Of a stretch of DNA of 64,000 nucleotides, positions 50,324 through 63,476 are shown piece after piece; the first letter of the stretch is position 1, and each line of letters starts with the position of its first letter. Made by a program: the position numbers and the translations under genes. The notes under the pieces are model-generated. The model saw only the letters and a program-made list of their open reading frames with translations. It did no database searches and was not told the DNA's origin. Origin of the DNA: Aplysia californica (lineage: Eukaryota); contig NW_004798170.1 of the NCBI RefSeq assembly GCF_000002075.1, positions 82,100 to 146,099 of the forward strand, read 5' to 3'.

Positions 50324-50764
50324 ATATGTGCCACGACATGGTAGAATCAGGCGCTTGTCAATTTTTGGGCATGTGGAGTTATTGATACCATTGTAAAGCT
50401 TGTTCATTTTTCTTGCTTTCGATGAAAAAACTACCCATCAATCTTGAGCCAAAGTCGAGATATTTGCATTGAAAAATATGGGGGCCATCTGGTTTCAAAG
50501 ATGAAATTAGCGAGAAAATGGCGGTCAAAGTTTGGTGATTTCCAAAGCTTGAAAGTACTGGGACACTGACAATTTACCATTTACGTGCGTTTAATCACCG
50601 TTTTCCAGTAAAATCCACACAAAAATGTATTTCCAAAGGGACATAAAAGGCGGTGAGCCAAAAAACAAAAATTCGAAAAAAAAGGCCAAACCATTGGAAA
50701 AATGAAGCTTTCTTTGATGTCATTGTTTTGACAAACACCTGGTTTCACCACGAAGCCTCACATA
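50324..50764 (+). mobile_element. Family C MITE-like element
   Basis: Imperfect TIRs of about 37 bp (TATGTG...CAGGCGCTTGTCAA / TTGACAAACACCTGG...CACATA). A partial copy lies at about 57650-57900. Confidence 0.75.
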
Positions 50765-51668
50765 CAGCAACAAAAACGGAGGATTGATCTCCTTTGAGAC
50801 ATGCACACTTGGTAAAGTTATAACTTCCTTCCTGAAAGGTTTGTTTGACCTTTGAGCACAGATAGATATCACTTTGCAACAACTGGCGGGGAAATATTTT
50901 GAAAAATGTCAGGCAGAACTAGGCTTGAATACTTTTTAAAAGTCAAGTATCATCATGATGAGGACTCGGGTGATCATGTGCTAATGTTTTAAGTTTCGAT
51001 TCTTATTCTTATTTTGATGAACATGTGCAATTGTCACATTCAATTTTCCCAATGTCCTGAAAACTTCACGCAAATCGGAGAGTTTTTGGCAGAGATACAG
51101 GTATGGAGTCGGACTAATAACTGATATACCGCCATCTGCTTCCTGGGGCGTGGGGACAAATCTTTTGCACACTGCATGCTGTGTGGGGAAAGTGCGGTTA
51201 TGAAAATGCTCATCAAGGGCACAAACTTTGAACATTCTAATTAACATATTATCATACTACATCCAAACAAAAGCCTAACTTATGGTATAATTTTTCTTAT
51301 GTGGTAGTATTAGTACTGTTTGTAAGAACCACTCTAACCTATGCCAAGCTCATCCTCACCTATTTGCCTTTTGCTCCGTAACCGAAACATAGCTTTCTCA
51401 ACCACCACTGATTGAACACAACTTATATTCTTCAAAAGATGGCCCCACAAGAAGATGCAATAAATCTATACCTGTCTATGAACAAAGCAACAAAATAACT
51501 GCAAGCAAGAAGCAATCTTTTAAACACCATCTCGTACTCCTATGGTTGACACATCAAAAGCATACACCACGTTCATTACCCCTCCCCCCAATCACGATCA
51601 TAAGAGCAAGACAAAGGAGACTATCACACATTTAAAAGAATCTCTTCAGTCTTATGTGGACTACATAC

Positions 51669-51772
51669 CTTATTGACCGGGATAGAATACTTCTTCAATA
51701 TATGAGGTGATATCATCGACATCTTATGTCGCAGAAATGCAGGGCACTCTGAAAAACTGCTTGGAAAAAAAC
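51669..51772 (-). CDS. KDM4: KDM4 JmjC exon ([35 protein letters not shown])
   Basis: CAG acceptor and GTATGT donor; CxAFLRHK motif. Not in the ORF track; translated by hand. Confidence 0.96.
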
Positions 51773-52589
51773 CTGAGGAGAATAACAACAAAATTCTAAA
51801 CAAAGAACTATTTAAAGTAATCTTGCCAATGCTTTAGTAAGGACCGTGGCAGAATCAATGTTTTCCAAATGATTTGACAGGAGACACCATTGAGAATTGA
51901 CTAAGTAACTGTCGTGCAAAAACTGGACTGCTATTTACGATGAAAAGGCTCCACAAAATGCCAAACCCCAGTCCACTTTATTCCTATCGGTTAGAAAAAT
52001 TTTGCACTCTTCACTTATTCTGCCGACAATATGATTTATCAATAATAGTCACACATAAATGATAAATGAGTCCCTTCTCAGATAGGATAGAAACAAAAGA
52101 AAGACCATATTTCAAAACACCACTCCTCATCACAAGCAATAAAAAAAGACTTCATGAGAGAGGAAAGTTAGATTTATGGTCTTCTTTTTGACAGCCTATT
52201 CATTTAAAGACCAGTTTCAATAACGATTTTGGCAAAATTCACTGGCATATCTACAGGCCCCTACAATTTCTCCAGAGAGACACAGGTTGGCCAAACCTTT
52301 TCTTTAATTTCATGATGTTTTCATAAGGTCTGAATCAACTCACTCAGAGCTGCCTCTACCTCAAATTTCCTATTTCAAGTAGATTCTGGGTCAATTCCAG
52401 ATATTTTCACCAAAAATCAGGCAATACAAAGACAAAGAAGGACAAAAAAAGAAAAAAAAAGAAAATACACTAACCCAGTATAAGTACTATCGAGCGGAAC
52501 TTGCTTCTCGCAATACAACGTAATTATTTTTAAAACAAGTGCGAGTGTGGGTGTGCGTAAGTGTGAGTGTGCATGCATATTAACTCTCT

Positions 52590-52966
52590 GTATTTCATGC
52601 CTCAAGGATCTCTAACCTTCTCTACATCATGCCTCAAGGACCTCTAACCCTCTCTCTATATCATGCCTCATGGATCTCTAACCCTCTCTATATCATGCCT
52701 CAAGGATCTCTAATCCTCTCTCTATATCATGCCTCAAGGATCTCTAATCCTCTCTCTATATCATGCCTCAAGGATCTCTAATCCTCTCTCTATATCATGT
52801 CTCAAGGATCTCTAACCCTCTCTATATCATGCCTCAAGGATCTCTAACCCTCTCTATATCATGCCTCAAGGATCTCTAACCCTCTCTATACCATGCCTCA
52901 AGGATCTCTAACCCTCTCTATATCATGCCTCAAGGATCTCTAACCCTCTCTATATCATGTCTCAAG
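52590..52966 (+). repeat. 32-34-bp minisatellite (TATATCATGCCTCAAGGATCTCTAACCCTCTC), about 11 copies
   Basis: Tandem array. Confidence 0.92.
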
Positions 52967-53852
52967 CATTTCTCCAACACATTAAGATCTGCGACTGTCC
53001 CATCTTTTCTGTGTCTGCCCACCCACCAATGTTTTAGTAATCAAATAGATAGAAAATTAGTAAACTGGCTTGGAAATTCGTAATATGGCCATGGAAAATG
53101 TTCTTCAATGGGGTGTAAAGGACAGGGCTGTAGTACAGTACTGTTAAATTCAACGTAAACAAGTGTGATGATGCAAAAGGGCAGGAATTTTCCAACACCT
53201 TGTAAATCTAATCTTTGCCTTACTCCAGACTTTGGCACTTCTAAAGTTTAATAATGTTTTTCCAAGGGCAAAGTGGCAATGAGCAACAACAAAGGCTCAG
53301 TGCAAAGAGGGTGCTAATACTGTTAAAGTAAGACAGCTGCACGTGACGTAGTGATGTAGACTGTCCGGGTCTTGTAGTGTTTCTATTATTCATTCCCTAT
53401 AAACCAGGAAGATATGCAGTGCAGTTGGGGTAGCCGATTTTTGTATAAAATGGAATCAGGGGTGTTAGACTGTATGTTCATAAAAATCGTAACAATTCCA
53501 ATAAATTCGTAATATCAGGCAGCCCTGCTTTGTCCCAGGCATTTCTTCCACATGTGAAAAAATCTGTAACCCTCCAGTTTTACCTCAAGCAACCCTAACC
53601 CTTCTGTTTTGCTTCCAGCATTTCTCTGGCACACACACACACAACAGATATGTGACCTTCCCATTTTGTCCCAGGCCTGTCTTCAACATGACGTGAAAAA
53701 CCCATAACCCCTACCTCAAACATTTCTACAAAATGCAAACTGATCCTCGACCCTCCCATTTCCCCCTCAAGAATTTCTCCAACACATATTTATAAAGAAT
53801 TGTAACTCTCCCATTTAGCAACAAGCATTCCACAACACATGCAGAGACTCGA

Positions 53853-54250
53853 CACCCCCCCCCTCCGGCAGTGCTACTGACTGAAGTGTCTTTAGGCCAT
53901 TTCCAAAGATGGGACATTAACTATGTTCTTATGCAGAGTAGAACTGTAATTGTAGATGGGCTGATTCATTAATGTCATGGACGGCAACAGGGAACTGCTG
54001 CTTTTTCTTTCTTCGTCTTTACTATCTTCATTTTCCTCTACTTCTTTTGTATGTTTGTCACTCTCTTGTGAACTGCTCTTTCCTGGGTGCCTTCATAGTC
54101 AAAGCAGACTTTGTGCTGTTGAGGCTAGAGAGGTGAGCAGAGTAAGCCTGATTCCCCATTTGGACTTTTCTGTCGACATCTACCCCTTGGCGCTCAAATG
54201 ACCTTATGCAGTTGCGAGCGCTGTAAAACCCTACAAAAACTAAAACTAAA
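53853..54250 (+). mobile_element. Family B retroposon
   Basis: CACCCCCC 5' end and shared 3' end; AGAGACTC on both flanks. Confidence 0.85.
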
Positions 54251-54268
54251 GAGACTCATGAGTCTCAC

Positions 54269-54627
54269 CTTGAGCCAGTCTTTCCAGCCTCTGTCCGTGC
54301 TCCGGCGGTATGGCATACCAGGACTTGGGGGCACCAAAGTGGAGGTAGTTGATGCTGTATAGGTCCATGTCCTCTGTGTGCCAGGCGAAGGTCGTCTTCC
54401 ACATGCCAAAGTAGAGGTAAGCCGTCACCACACCCTCAATCTTGATGCCATAGTCATCCTTCACGTGGTCCAAGATGGTGCCCAGGCGGTTTATGTTCCA
54501 GTAATCCTGGTCGTCATCTGTGATGGAGCCGTTGATGTCAGCTCCGTAGATTGCTTGGCCAAATGTGACGTTTTTCCAGTATTTCCGTTCCAAGTCCTCA
54601 AAATCAAAATGATTTGGTGTGCGATAC
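54269..54627 (-). CDS. KDM4: KDM4 JmjC exon ([19 protein letters not shown]...IYGAD...[25 protein letters not shown]...RLERLAQG)
   Basis: CAG acceptor and GTGAGA donor; HxE Fe ligands and the 2-oxoglutarate-binding Y/N/K residues are present. Confidence 0.98.
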
Positions 54628-54960
54628 CTGTAAAAGATATAAACAAGTTCAGAAACTCACACTGCCAAGTCAAAACATATTGTGATAGCTGCTAGAATAA
54701 TGATAAAGTTATTGCTCAATATGTAAAGCTGGATCGAATGAACTACACATTTTTCTTGCAAGAGCCACAATAAATATAATTGTCTGATATGCAGTGTTTC
54801 GAGAAATAGGTCTCAATTCATTTGTGGCGAATGAACAGAGGTCCACTCTCTTAAGGTACAATGGCATCATTTTAAAACAAACTTTTATCAACAATAAAGA
54901 AAACTTTCTTACGCATCGTTCTAACATCAAATCAAATCAAGAAATGTACACTTCGGCTAG

Positions 54961-55387
54961 CACCCCCCGGGACGGTGCTACTGACTGCAGTGTCTTTAGG
55001 CCATTCCCATAGGGGGGGACATTAACCATGTTCTTATGCACAGTAAAATTGTAATTGTAAATGGGCTGATTCATCAATGTCATGCTTATTATAACTGTGC
55101 CTGAACTGCAACAGGGAACTGCTGCTTTTTCTTTCATAATCCTTACTATCGTTATTAATTATTTATTTTCCTCTACTTCTTTTGTATGATTGTCACACTC
55201 TTGTGACCTGCTATTTCCAGGGTGCCTTGATAGTCGGAGCAGACTTTGTGCTGTTGAGGCTAGAAAGGTGAGCAGAGTAAGCCTGATTCCCTGTTTAGTA
55301 AGGACTTCTCCGTTGATATCCACCCCTTGGTGCTCACATGAACTTACGCAGTTGCGAGCGCCTTAAAACCTCTACTAAAACAAAAAA
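54961..55387 (+). mobile_element. Family B retroposon
   Basis: CACCCCCC 5' end; imperfect TSD ACTT(CGG/TGA)CTAG. Confidence 0.85.
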
Positions 55388-56127
55388 TACTTTGACTAGA
55401 ACATCTTATTCCATATGATAGGGAAATAAAAAACAAAGAAACAGGTACAGAAAACTTACTACATCTCATTCAAAGTCTAGGATGATGACAGAGGGTAAAA
55501 AAGTGGAGGATGGACGTTCAACTAATAATCAACTTGCATGCAAAGATAATCTCTGTCTCTCACCCCCCCACCGGTCCTTTTCAGAAAAACAAAACGCCCA
55601 AATTCCATATGTTGTAGCGTAAACTTTTTATCTGAAACATTAACTGGAAGTAAAATGATGCTGTAAAGTTGTAACAGAAAAATGGGAGAAAACCTAGTTG
55701 CAAATGACACCTGAACACCCACCAATCCCTTGCATACACTAGAATAAGAAACCTGAACCAGAAGAACCAGACTTATATAATTAACTAGCTGGGTACCCGT
55801 TCTAAGGACGGACTCAAAAGAATTGATCGACAAGTCATTATGGAACAGTGAGCACTGCTTGTGAACGGACGCCACACTTGTTTATATGGCGTCTTAGAAG
55901 ACGGACTTTCCCAAGATTAGATTCAAATGAAACCAATCAAAACCTGAATATTAAACTACAGTGACTTCAGACGCCTTAATATAACTGTGCATCTTTTAAT
56001 GATTCTGAACCACCGTTAATTTTTTTCAATATTTGAAAGTTAAATGGTTCGGAAGCTTTAGGCGACCAAAGTGACGAACTTTCACAAACATGTTAATATG
56101 ATAAGAGAAACAGCTCAGACTACAAAC

Positions 56128-56303
56128 CTGGGAGAGTTTGCGAGCTCTTCAAACTCCTTGACGTGCATAGGTTTCTTTTGTACATTGTACTGTGTGTACA
56201 AGCCCTGCTGGCCCGTCACAACTTGCTCTATAGGAGCCGGGATCATCAGATCCAAGTTATCGTAGCCAGACTTTCTCGGCACCCACTCTTTGGGGGGTAT
56301 GAT
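56128..56303 (-). CDS. KDM4: KDM4 exon, JmjN end ([15 protein letters not shown]...[24 protein letters not shown]...LANSP)
   Basis: CAG acceptor and GTTTGT donor; KDM4 consensus. Confidence 0.97.
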
Positions 56304-56523
56304 CTGCGAATACAAAACAAAAATCGTTGGAGAAAAAAAATACATTCACAAGGTATGCTAGAAACAACATCTGGGAACTACAAAATGAGTTTTCAACTAC
56401 TAAAAGCATACTACACAAAAAAGCAAATCAGTAACAGTAACAGTCCGAAATACAGTCAGTCAGCTAAAAGAAACTGGTTGGTATTTTGAATTTACAGTCT
56501 CAGCATTCAATAAAGCTGCTTAA

Positions 56524-56703
56524 TGTTGGTGGTTGGTGGGTGCTCTGGTGTGGTTTGCTTCTTCTTCCCTATCAACATCTATCGTCCTTATGCCTGATCT
56601 CCCCTCCTTTTTTGTGTGTTACTCTCTTGTAACACCTCTAATCTTCGGCACTTATAATAAATATGACCTTTATAATATGTTGCAAGTGCTGTAAAACACT
56701 AAA
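56524..56703 (+). mobile_element. Family A2 retroposon
   Basis: TSD AAAGCTGCTTAA. Confidence 0.87.
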
Positions 56704-56883
56704 AAGCTGCTTAAGTTGTCATGATGGCATAAATCAGCACAATGAATGATAATGATCAGCTCCAGCACATACACACTGAAAACAAGGGGAACTTTCTCCA
56801 CTTGATGTCACTTTAACAATTAAATTATAAAATTTCTCTGTAGACACTATTCACAAAATTAAAACATACAACATTTAGCTCAC

Positions 56884-57012
56884 CTTGGCTAAGCCTGCCC
56901 TGTGGGCTCCTTGAGACTCAATATACTTTATGTACTTGTTGAAATCTTTGAATTCATCATATGTAGGCCTGAAGACCATTATCTTGTCAATACCCCCACT
57001 AGACGTCTCCAT
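56884..57012 (-). CDS. KDM4: KDM4 first coding exon, JmjN ([43 protein letters not shown]); exon begins at 57045
   Basis: ATG at 57012-57010, GTGAG donor, CAG acceptor at 57048-57046; JmjN consensus. Confidence 0.96.
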
Positions 57013-59642
57013 TGTAGCTGATCAGAATGCAACACTCAAAATCTTCTGAAAAATAGGAAAGCAGATTTTATAAACAAAGGGAAAGCACAAAACTGTTTTA
57101 AATACTAACATTAAATGAAAACCACAAGAATCAATGCATATTCAAAACAGAACAAAAAATTTCAGACAGCATTCGGCATTATCTCTTGCCACAAACAGGA
57201 ACAAACATTCTCTAAGGAAAGGTCACATAAACACAGTCAGAAGTTGATCAGAAAAGGAACTCTTCAAGTGAAACCAAGAGGTGGCTAAATAAAGATAAAA
57301 AATTTGTACAATGCAGAGCTACCATTCTGGCCAAGTTTTTACAGAGTTGTACTTCTTTCTGACACTATTTCCACAAACCAACAAGTTAATTATCCTAGCA
57401 ATTATTATACATATATATATATATCATGGTCCCAGGAACTCCAGCCTTCTAAACTTAAAAAAAGAAAAAAACTTGGAGACAGCATTGCTTTTTACTTTTC
57501 TCAACTTTTCCTCATGTACTAGGTACCATTCAACAATGAGGACACACGATATATTTCCTACAATAATATATTGCATATTTTTCCCTACTTGTTTCTTGCT
57601 TTAGATACGTAAAAAAAAAAAAAACAACATGTCTGTCTTGAACAGAAGCTGAGACATTTGCGAGAATGAGGTGGGGGTCACCTGGTATCAGAGGTTTAAA
57701 AAAAAAGCAGAGATAAATAGCTGCTAAAGTTTGGTGACTGCCAAAGTTTGAGAGTCCTTGGAAACTGCAAATTTACATTTGTTGTGCCTTTGATCAACTG
57801 TTATTAATGTAAAATTTACCCTAAACACGTGTTTTTAAATGTTATGGAGAAACGGTGTTGATACACACACAAAAAAAAAAAAGGGGGGGGGGGTTGATAA
57901 AAATGTCCACTGCACTTATGACTGTCTCCAAGAGAAACATCTTTCTTTTGTTTCTATTCTCATGTCCATTATCTTTGGTAACTGACAACTTATATTAATA
58001 GCCATTCAGAAGGCTTGACCACAACCAATTCCAAGTATTGCATAGTTAAATCAAAGAGGTCTGGAAATACACACATGTAGCTATAAAGTACACTGAATTT
58101 AAATCATACTTTCTGGAATCTCATCATTGTCAGAGACACACACAGTCACAGCCATCTTATAATGCCATCATTCAAAAATTTTCTTTCAAACCAACACACG
58201 AGATAATGCATGTGAAACAGGCGTCTAACCATGTGCTGGGGTTGGGGGATGTTGAATGGGCAGCAAGAACATCACACACAGAGTATAAGGTACACATATT
58301 TTATGTTGTATGCATCATATAATATTGTGAGTGTGTGTGTGTATGTGTGTCGCGAAAATCGCATGTCATTAGGTAAGCACTGTATAGAGTCACTCCTTGT
58401 GTGTTTTTTAATTTATCTGTAGCGCCTAGCCAGGCGAAACGCCCAGCTGTTTCTTTGTATTTGAACACACACACACATGACATATATGAGGACAGGTTGG
58501 CGGAAAACTTTTGTAGCCAATGACCACTATGAGCAGGTTTTGAGACCAACTCATCACGCAAATGACAGAGCCTGGCTACTTTGAACAGGGACTGTTCGGA
58601 CAGGTTAAAATCTAAAATACAGTCAAAGCTCGTATACTCCCAGATTTTGCAAATATGTACAAAAAGGACAAGTGCTTCCATAGTAATTGCACCTTAACAT
58701 TGCTAAAACCAACCGCTTGAGCTATACGGTTCTTACCAAACTTTGACATAAATTTTCCCCGCTATAATATAATCAAAGTAAACTGGCTACGATAGGTATA
58801 ACAGTAATTACACACTCAGTGGCTACTCTTTTCTACACCTATCTCTACGAGCTCAGCCTAATTTCTTCTAGCACTTGGCCCCAATCTGTTCCTGATTTCC
58901 ACTTATGAAAACATAATTTATTCAAAGGCTTTGGTCAATCAAAAATTTAAAAGTTTTAAATAAATATTTAATAACATCAACAAATGTATTGAAATTTTAG
59001 TTGCTCAGAGAAACTTCAAAGGAACAGTGCCACCTCAGCTAGTAGCATTCTATCTGGCTAACTGATGACAAAAAGGCTGGCAACCACATGTGAGGCTTTT
59101 ATTGCGATTTTGTAAGGATTCACTCAAGTCTACAAGATAGAGGTTTGAGGCGGCCTGAGGATTGACACGTAATGGATTTAAAAAAAAAAAAAAGACATCT
59201 CTACAGGGTCCTTATATATCTTATAATAACCAAGCTTCTGATCAGGCAGAAACTTTCAGTTTGATTTTACGTAACAAAAAAACCCAGTAAAATTCTGCTG
59301 AACTGTAATTGTTTTTGTAACCTAATAGGGTGTTACCCAACTTGTTATTCCTCTGCACATGTTAACAGCATGACACATAATACCTAGATGAGGCAAGACT
59401 GACCAGTTTGTCTCTAACCAATAGTCTCCACCAGTCCACGACTAGTCGAGAGAGCAATCAGTTGAATCAATGCTCTATCCCGTTATACTGTCATCTTCAT
59501 ACTCGTCCCAAGCCCAAGGTCAGTATTATAACGTGATTTGACAGTATTTATAAGAAAAACAAGTGTCAAAGAACAGTCGCCATCAGTACAGGGAACTGCT
59601 ATGACAGAGATGTGACCGCTAAGCCATGTTTTATTGGGGGGA

Positions 59643-59845
59643 GATGTTTTATGGCGCTCGTAGCATTTAAGGTCATATGAGCGCGTGGGACACATTAAAC
59701 ATTTTCAGCTGATAGCAAATTTTTTATTTTGCCCGGGTGGCTGCTGAAGCCAACTCTTATCGATTTTAAACCACCAAGGGATCTTTAACGTGAGCAACTT
59801 GCACACGGGACCTCCAAGATTTTTCGCCCTTGTCCAAGAAGGCTA
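59643..59845 (-). mobile_element. SINE with a Deu/Nin-like core that ends in the shared stem-loop
   Basis: On -: GAGGTCCCGTGTG...CACGTTAAAGATCCC, which resembles the Deu/Nin SINE core as I recall it, then CGCGCTCATATGACC...GAGCGCCATAAAAC. Confidence 0.55.
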
Positions 59846-60075
59846 GAGGTGTAGATCTTTCTCAGACCAGGAAAATCAGGGGTGTGGGTGAAAGACAGCA
59901 GTAAGAAGGAGACAAGGAGTAGCAGTAGAAAGGCTGTAGAAAGAGTCAGGAGTACACACATCCAAGGCCATTAAAACCGTCACAAGTCAAATTTTCAAGA
60001 AAATATCAAACCTAATGGCAAAACATCAGATTAATGCCCTTTAAAGATTTTTATAATACCATGTGTAAACAAAGT

Positions 60076-60219
60076 GGCTATTCTCACCCTGGGTGAGAAT
60101 AAAAATATGATTGACCGTCGACCTCTCACCCCAGGTGAGACTTGCCAGCGTTGGCTATTCTCACCCGGTGTGAGAGGCCTACAACTGCGCTGTTCTCACC
60201 CCGGGTGAGAATAGCGCAG
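60076..60219. repeat. Array of four TTCTCACC-N3-GGTGAGAA-type palindromes
   Basis: Units start at 60081, 60123, 60158 and 60193. Confidence 0.85.
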
Positions 60220-60430
60220 ATGGCCTTATGTAAAATACAAAATGTTAAGTTGCACAATAAGGCCATGATAGCTTTCTACTGTATTGTAATACAGAAAGTT
60301 TGAGTAAAAACATCAAATATCCCGAAAAGCAATAATTTGCACTAGCTGCAAAGTCAAAATTTGATTCAGTAAGGGCGTTAGAGTTTTCCTTCATCTCATG
60401 GAAACACCTGAAGCAGGCCAAAATATTAAA

Positions 60431-60570
60431 TACAGTCGAACCTGCCTTAACAGAAACCTGTATAAAACGGAAACCTGTCTTAAAACGGAATCTCCCCGCT
60501 CCCCCATGATATTATTCCTCTTTGATTACCTGCATAAAACAGAAACCTGTCCAACGCGGAAACGGAAAGA
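60431..60570 (+). mobile_element. Tc1/pogo-like DNA transposon end
   Basis: TACAGTCGAACCT followed by subterminal (AAACGGAAACCTGT) repeats; no partner end found. Confidence 0.5.
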
Positions 60571-61090
60571 AAAATCCACTCCCTTCCGAGGGTTTCACCA
60601 AAGACAAAAAAAAGCTTTGCCCGCTCAGCCCTGATTTTAAACAAAACTCGCACGTTTGGTTCCGCTGGCTCTAAACTTAATGGTATGGCCATGCCGCTGG
60701 GCGAAGAAGGGGAGTAGGGGTGCAATTTGGGGGTAGATGTTACTCCATCATATATGAGCCCTGAGCAATGCAGATGGTCAGGGTAGTGTGGGTGTGAAAT
60801 CTCACGACTGCCTGTGAGAGTGCTCGAGTAGGGAGCCACTACGGAAACTTTTCTGGGTAGCCAGAAGCCAGAGGAGTGAAATTAGATTGACCAATGCCTG
60901 CTGCCCTGATCGTAGGGCCAGCCGAGAAAAGAGTTCCTAGAATCTTTGTTACAATGATGGCAGTGAGGGGTGGCATTGGTGGGTGGGGCTAAGGGTGAAA
61001 CCAAAGGAGATGTTCCAACGTTTGTTTTTAATAGGTCAAACAGTGGTCCTATGAAAGACAAGCACTGGTGGTAGTTGGATAGGCCGTCGT

Positions 61091-61190
61091 TATTCGGACT
61101 GGAGTCCGAATAACATTTTTTCATATTCGGACTCGAGTCCGAATAAAAAAAATTCTTATTCGGACTCGAGTCCGAATATGAAAAAATGTT
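61091..61190. repeat. Array of TATTCGGACTCGAGTCCGAATA 22-bp palindromes (three here, plus 1.5 at 61838-61881)
   Basis: Units at 61091, 61124 and 61157 (33-bp period). Confidence 0.9.
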
Positions 61191-62937
61191 ATCGCACCTT
61201 TTCTGCCGATCCGATGCCCGCCGCCTCATTGAAACGCCCCACCCCCCATGTTTCCCACTTTCTTTGTTGTAGAAAAAGGTGAAATTGAAGATTAACAGAC
61301 CACCTGGCACCTGCATATTATGAGCTGTTTATCCCGAAAAAAGTTGTGTTGCTGTGTAGAGCTGAGCATACGGCAACTTTTGATTCCATAGACCAGCGCA
61401 CAATTCATTACGTAGATCTACGTCAAGACTAGCTTATTATTGTAATAATGATCAGTTGCCGGGGGGGGGGGAGACTGACACGTATGCGACGTTCAACGCC
61501 CGGACCGATAGTGCCCCCCCCCCATCCCCCTCCCCGACACGCACACAGCCACACGTGTGCAGCCCGCCCATCCGACCCCGACACACGCTAACGAGCCATC
61601 TTTAATTGCTTCTGCTGACCTCTTGACAAATAAACATTTATTAGAAGCGCTATAACTTTTCAGGCCGGCCTCAAATTCATCATAAGATTAAAACTCGGCT
61701 CCTGCAAAAAACGCCTTTTTGCCCGAAGTGATCCCGGTCTCTACCCAGCCTGCGGCGAGTCACGAGTGAGGCAGGACAGGAATCCGGAGTCACGAGTCAC
61801 AGGAAGTTGGAAGTGATGTCATGCTGGACAAGAATCAGAGTCCGAATAACATTTTTTCATATTCGGACTCGAGTCCGAATAATCACTTCGAGTTGGATAA
61901 GTAAGACTGCATGTCATTATCAGACATGATAGCAATTGAGAGGTGTGAAGTTTTGACCACTGCTTGCCGATCGGACAAGCGATCCTTGATCCCACCGGCT
62001 GTGCCTTTGAACCCCCTCAGAGAAGGGAGGGAAAGTAAAAAAATACCGAGATGGGAAACAGGCGCGGTTCGTCCATAGAGCACAGTCGTTCAGTGCCACC
62101 CAAAAGTTTTTAATGGTTTATTGCGAAAAGTACCCACAAACATGAAATAAAAGAAGCCAGAAGAAACACTAGCCAAATATTTATATCAAAACAAGGTCCT
62201 CCCTGGCACCGGCAAAAGCGTTGTAAAGCATCTACTATGCCATGCCAAAGTCAACACTTAATAATACTTAACATAATAGGACATTCAACAGTGGCAATCT
62301 GACCTATAAATTGCTCTTTCGGACAACCCAAGCGATGACAGCACTCGTAGCAAGTTTGGCGGTACATTACAATTAATAAGACGGCATATATCTCAGATGT
62401 GCACCCACGAAACATAGCCCACAGTAGGTAGTCTATAACACTGCTATAGACCACACTATCATGACTATGTCTATTCTATGCCAAAATTACGTTATCCCCG
62501 GAGCAATCCAGCAGAGTGCTCAAGTGAATTGTGATTGGTCCATTGTCTTGCCACTATTTTAATGATTCTGTGACCGTGAACCTGAGGGAGGTGAACGTGA
62601 CATACTTTAGTCACTCTATGAGTTGTGCCTTTGAATTGTTTTTTAGTGGAGTAGTGAAAGTTATTAATTGAGTGTTTGGTTCCAATGAAGGATAAAGAAA
62701 TTGAAATTCAGCTAACAAACAGATTTACATTGTAGATTCTAGTTCTAGAAATCAAAGCGACAAGTAAAAAGAATGAAAACAAAAGCATTTAATAAGGTCC
62801 TCCTTCACCGACTCAAAGATCCTACCATCCCATTTACTTTGCCCTTGACTATCTTCAACCTGCTTCTAAGCTTAGCTGTGCATGCCCACTTTTTAGCCCA
62901 ACGAGCCGCCCCTGACGCTCCCCCTAAACGAAGCTTG

Positions 62938-63042
62938 AGTGCCGTGAACATAGCCTCAACTGTCAACAGCGCCTGCAAACTGCATTCAGGGCGCCGTGAA
63001 CGTAGCCTGCAGACTACATTCACAGCGCCGTGAACGTAGCCA
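62938..63042 (+). repeat. Short GCGCCGTGAACGTAGCC-containing tandem repeat, 3-4 copies
   Basis: GCCGTGAAC(A/G)TAGCC at about 62941, 62993 and 63027. Confidence 0.7.
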
Positions 63043-63230
63043 AGCCTAAAGTAAAGTAACATTTTACCTCATAATCAATAGTCAATAGCATAGCGAAACA
63101 AAAATCAAAAGCACTGCTCCAGCAAAGACAATAATTGCATTCAACTTGAGTGAGTCACACTGCTGAGTGGAGAGTTGCATTCCGACAATCACAATTATGC
63201 CACTCGACTGACTGGACTGGGTAGGATGAG

Positions 63231-63412
63231 TAGATTCTAGATTCTAGATTCTAGTTGATTAGGCAGGTGATTAGGTTAGGAGATATATCTAGATCTAGAT
63301 AATCTAAATCTAGATCTAGATCTAGATTCTAGATCTAGATCTAGATATCTAGATCTAGATCTAGAATCTACTACACACTACACATTTTCCACAATTAATA
63401 TCTCTAGATCTA
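63231..63412. repeat. (TCTAGA)n self-complementary microsatellite
   Basis: Tandem AGATCT/TCTAGA hexamers. Confidence 0.9.
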
Positions 63413-63476
63413 CACTTTTCTCATTTTATGACAATAGTAATTTTTCGGAAATCAACAAACGTAATTAAAAACGTAC

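Noticed and set aside
60076-61881. CRISPR-like palindromic repeat/spacer arrays
   Set aside because: Eukaryotic intron, only 3-4 units, spacers of 11-23 nt, and no cas genes.
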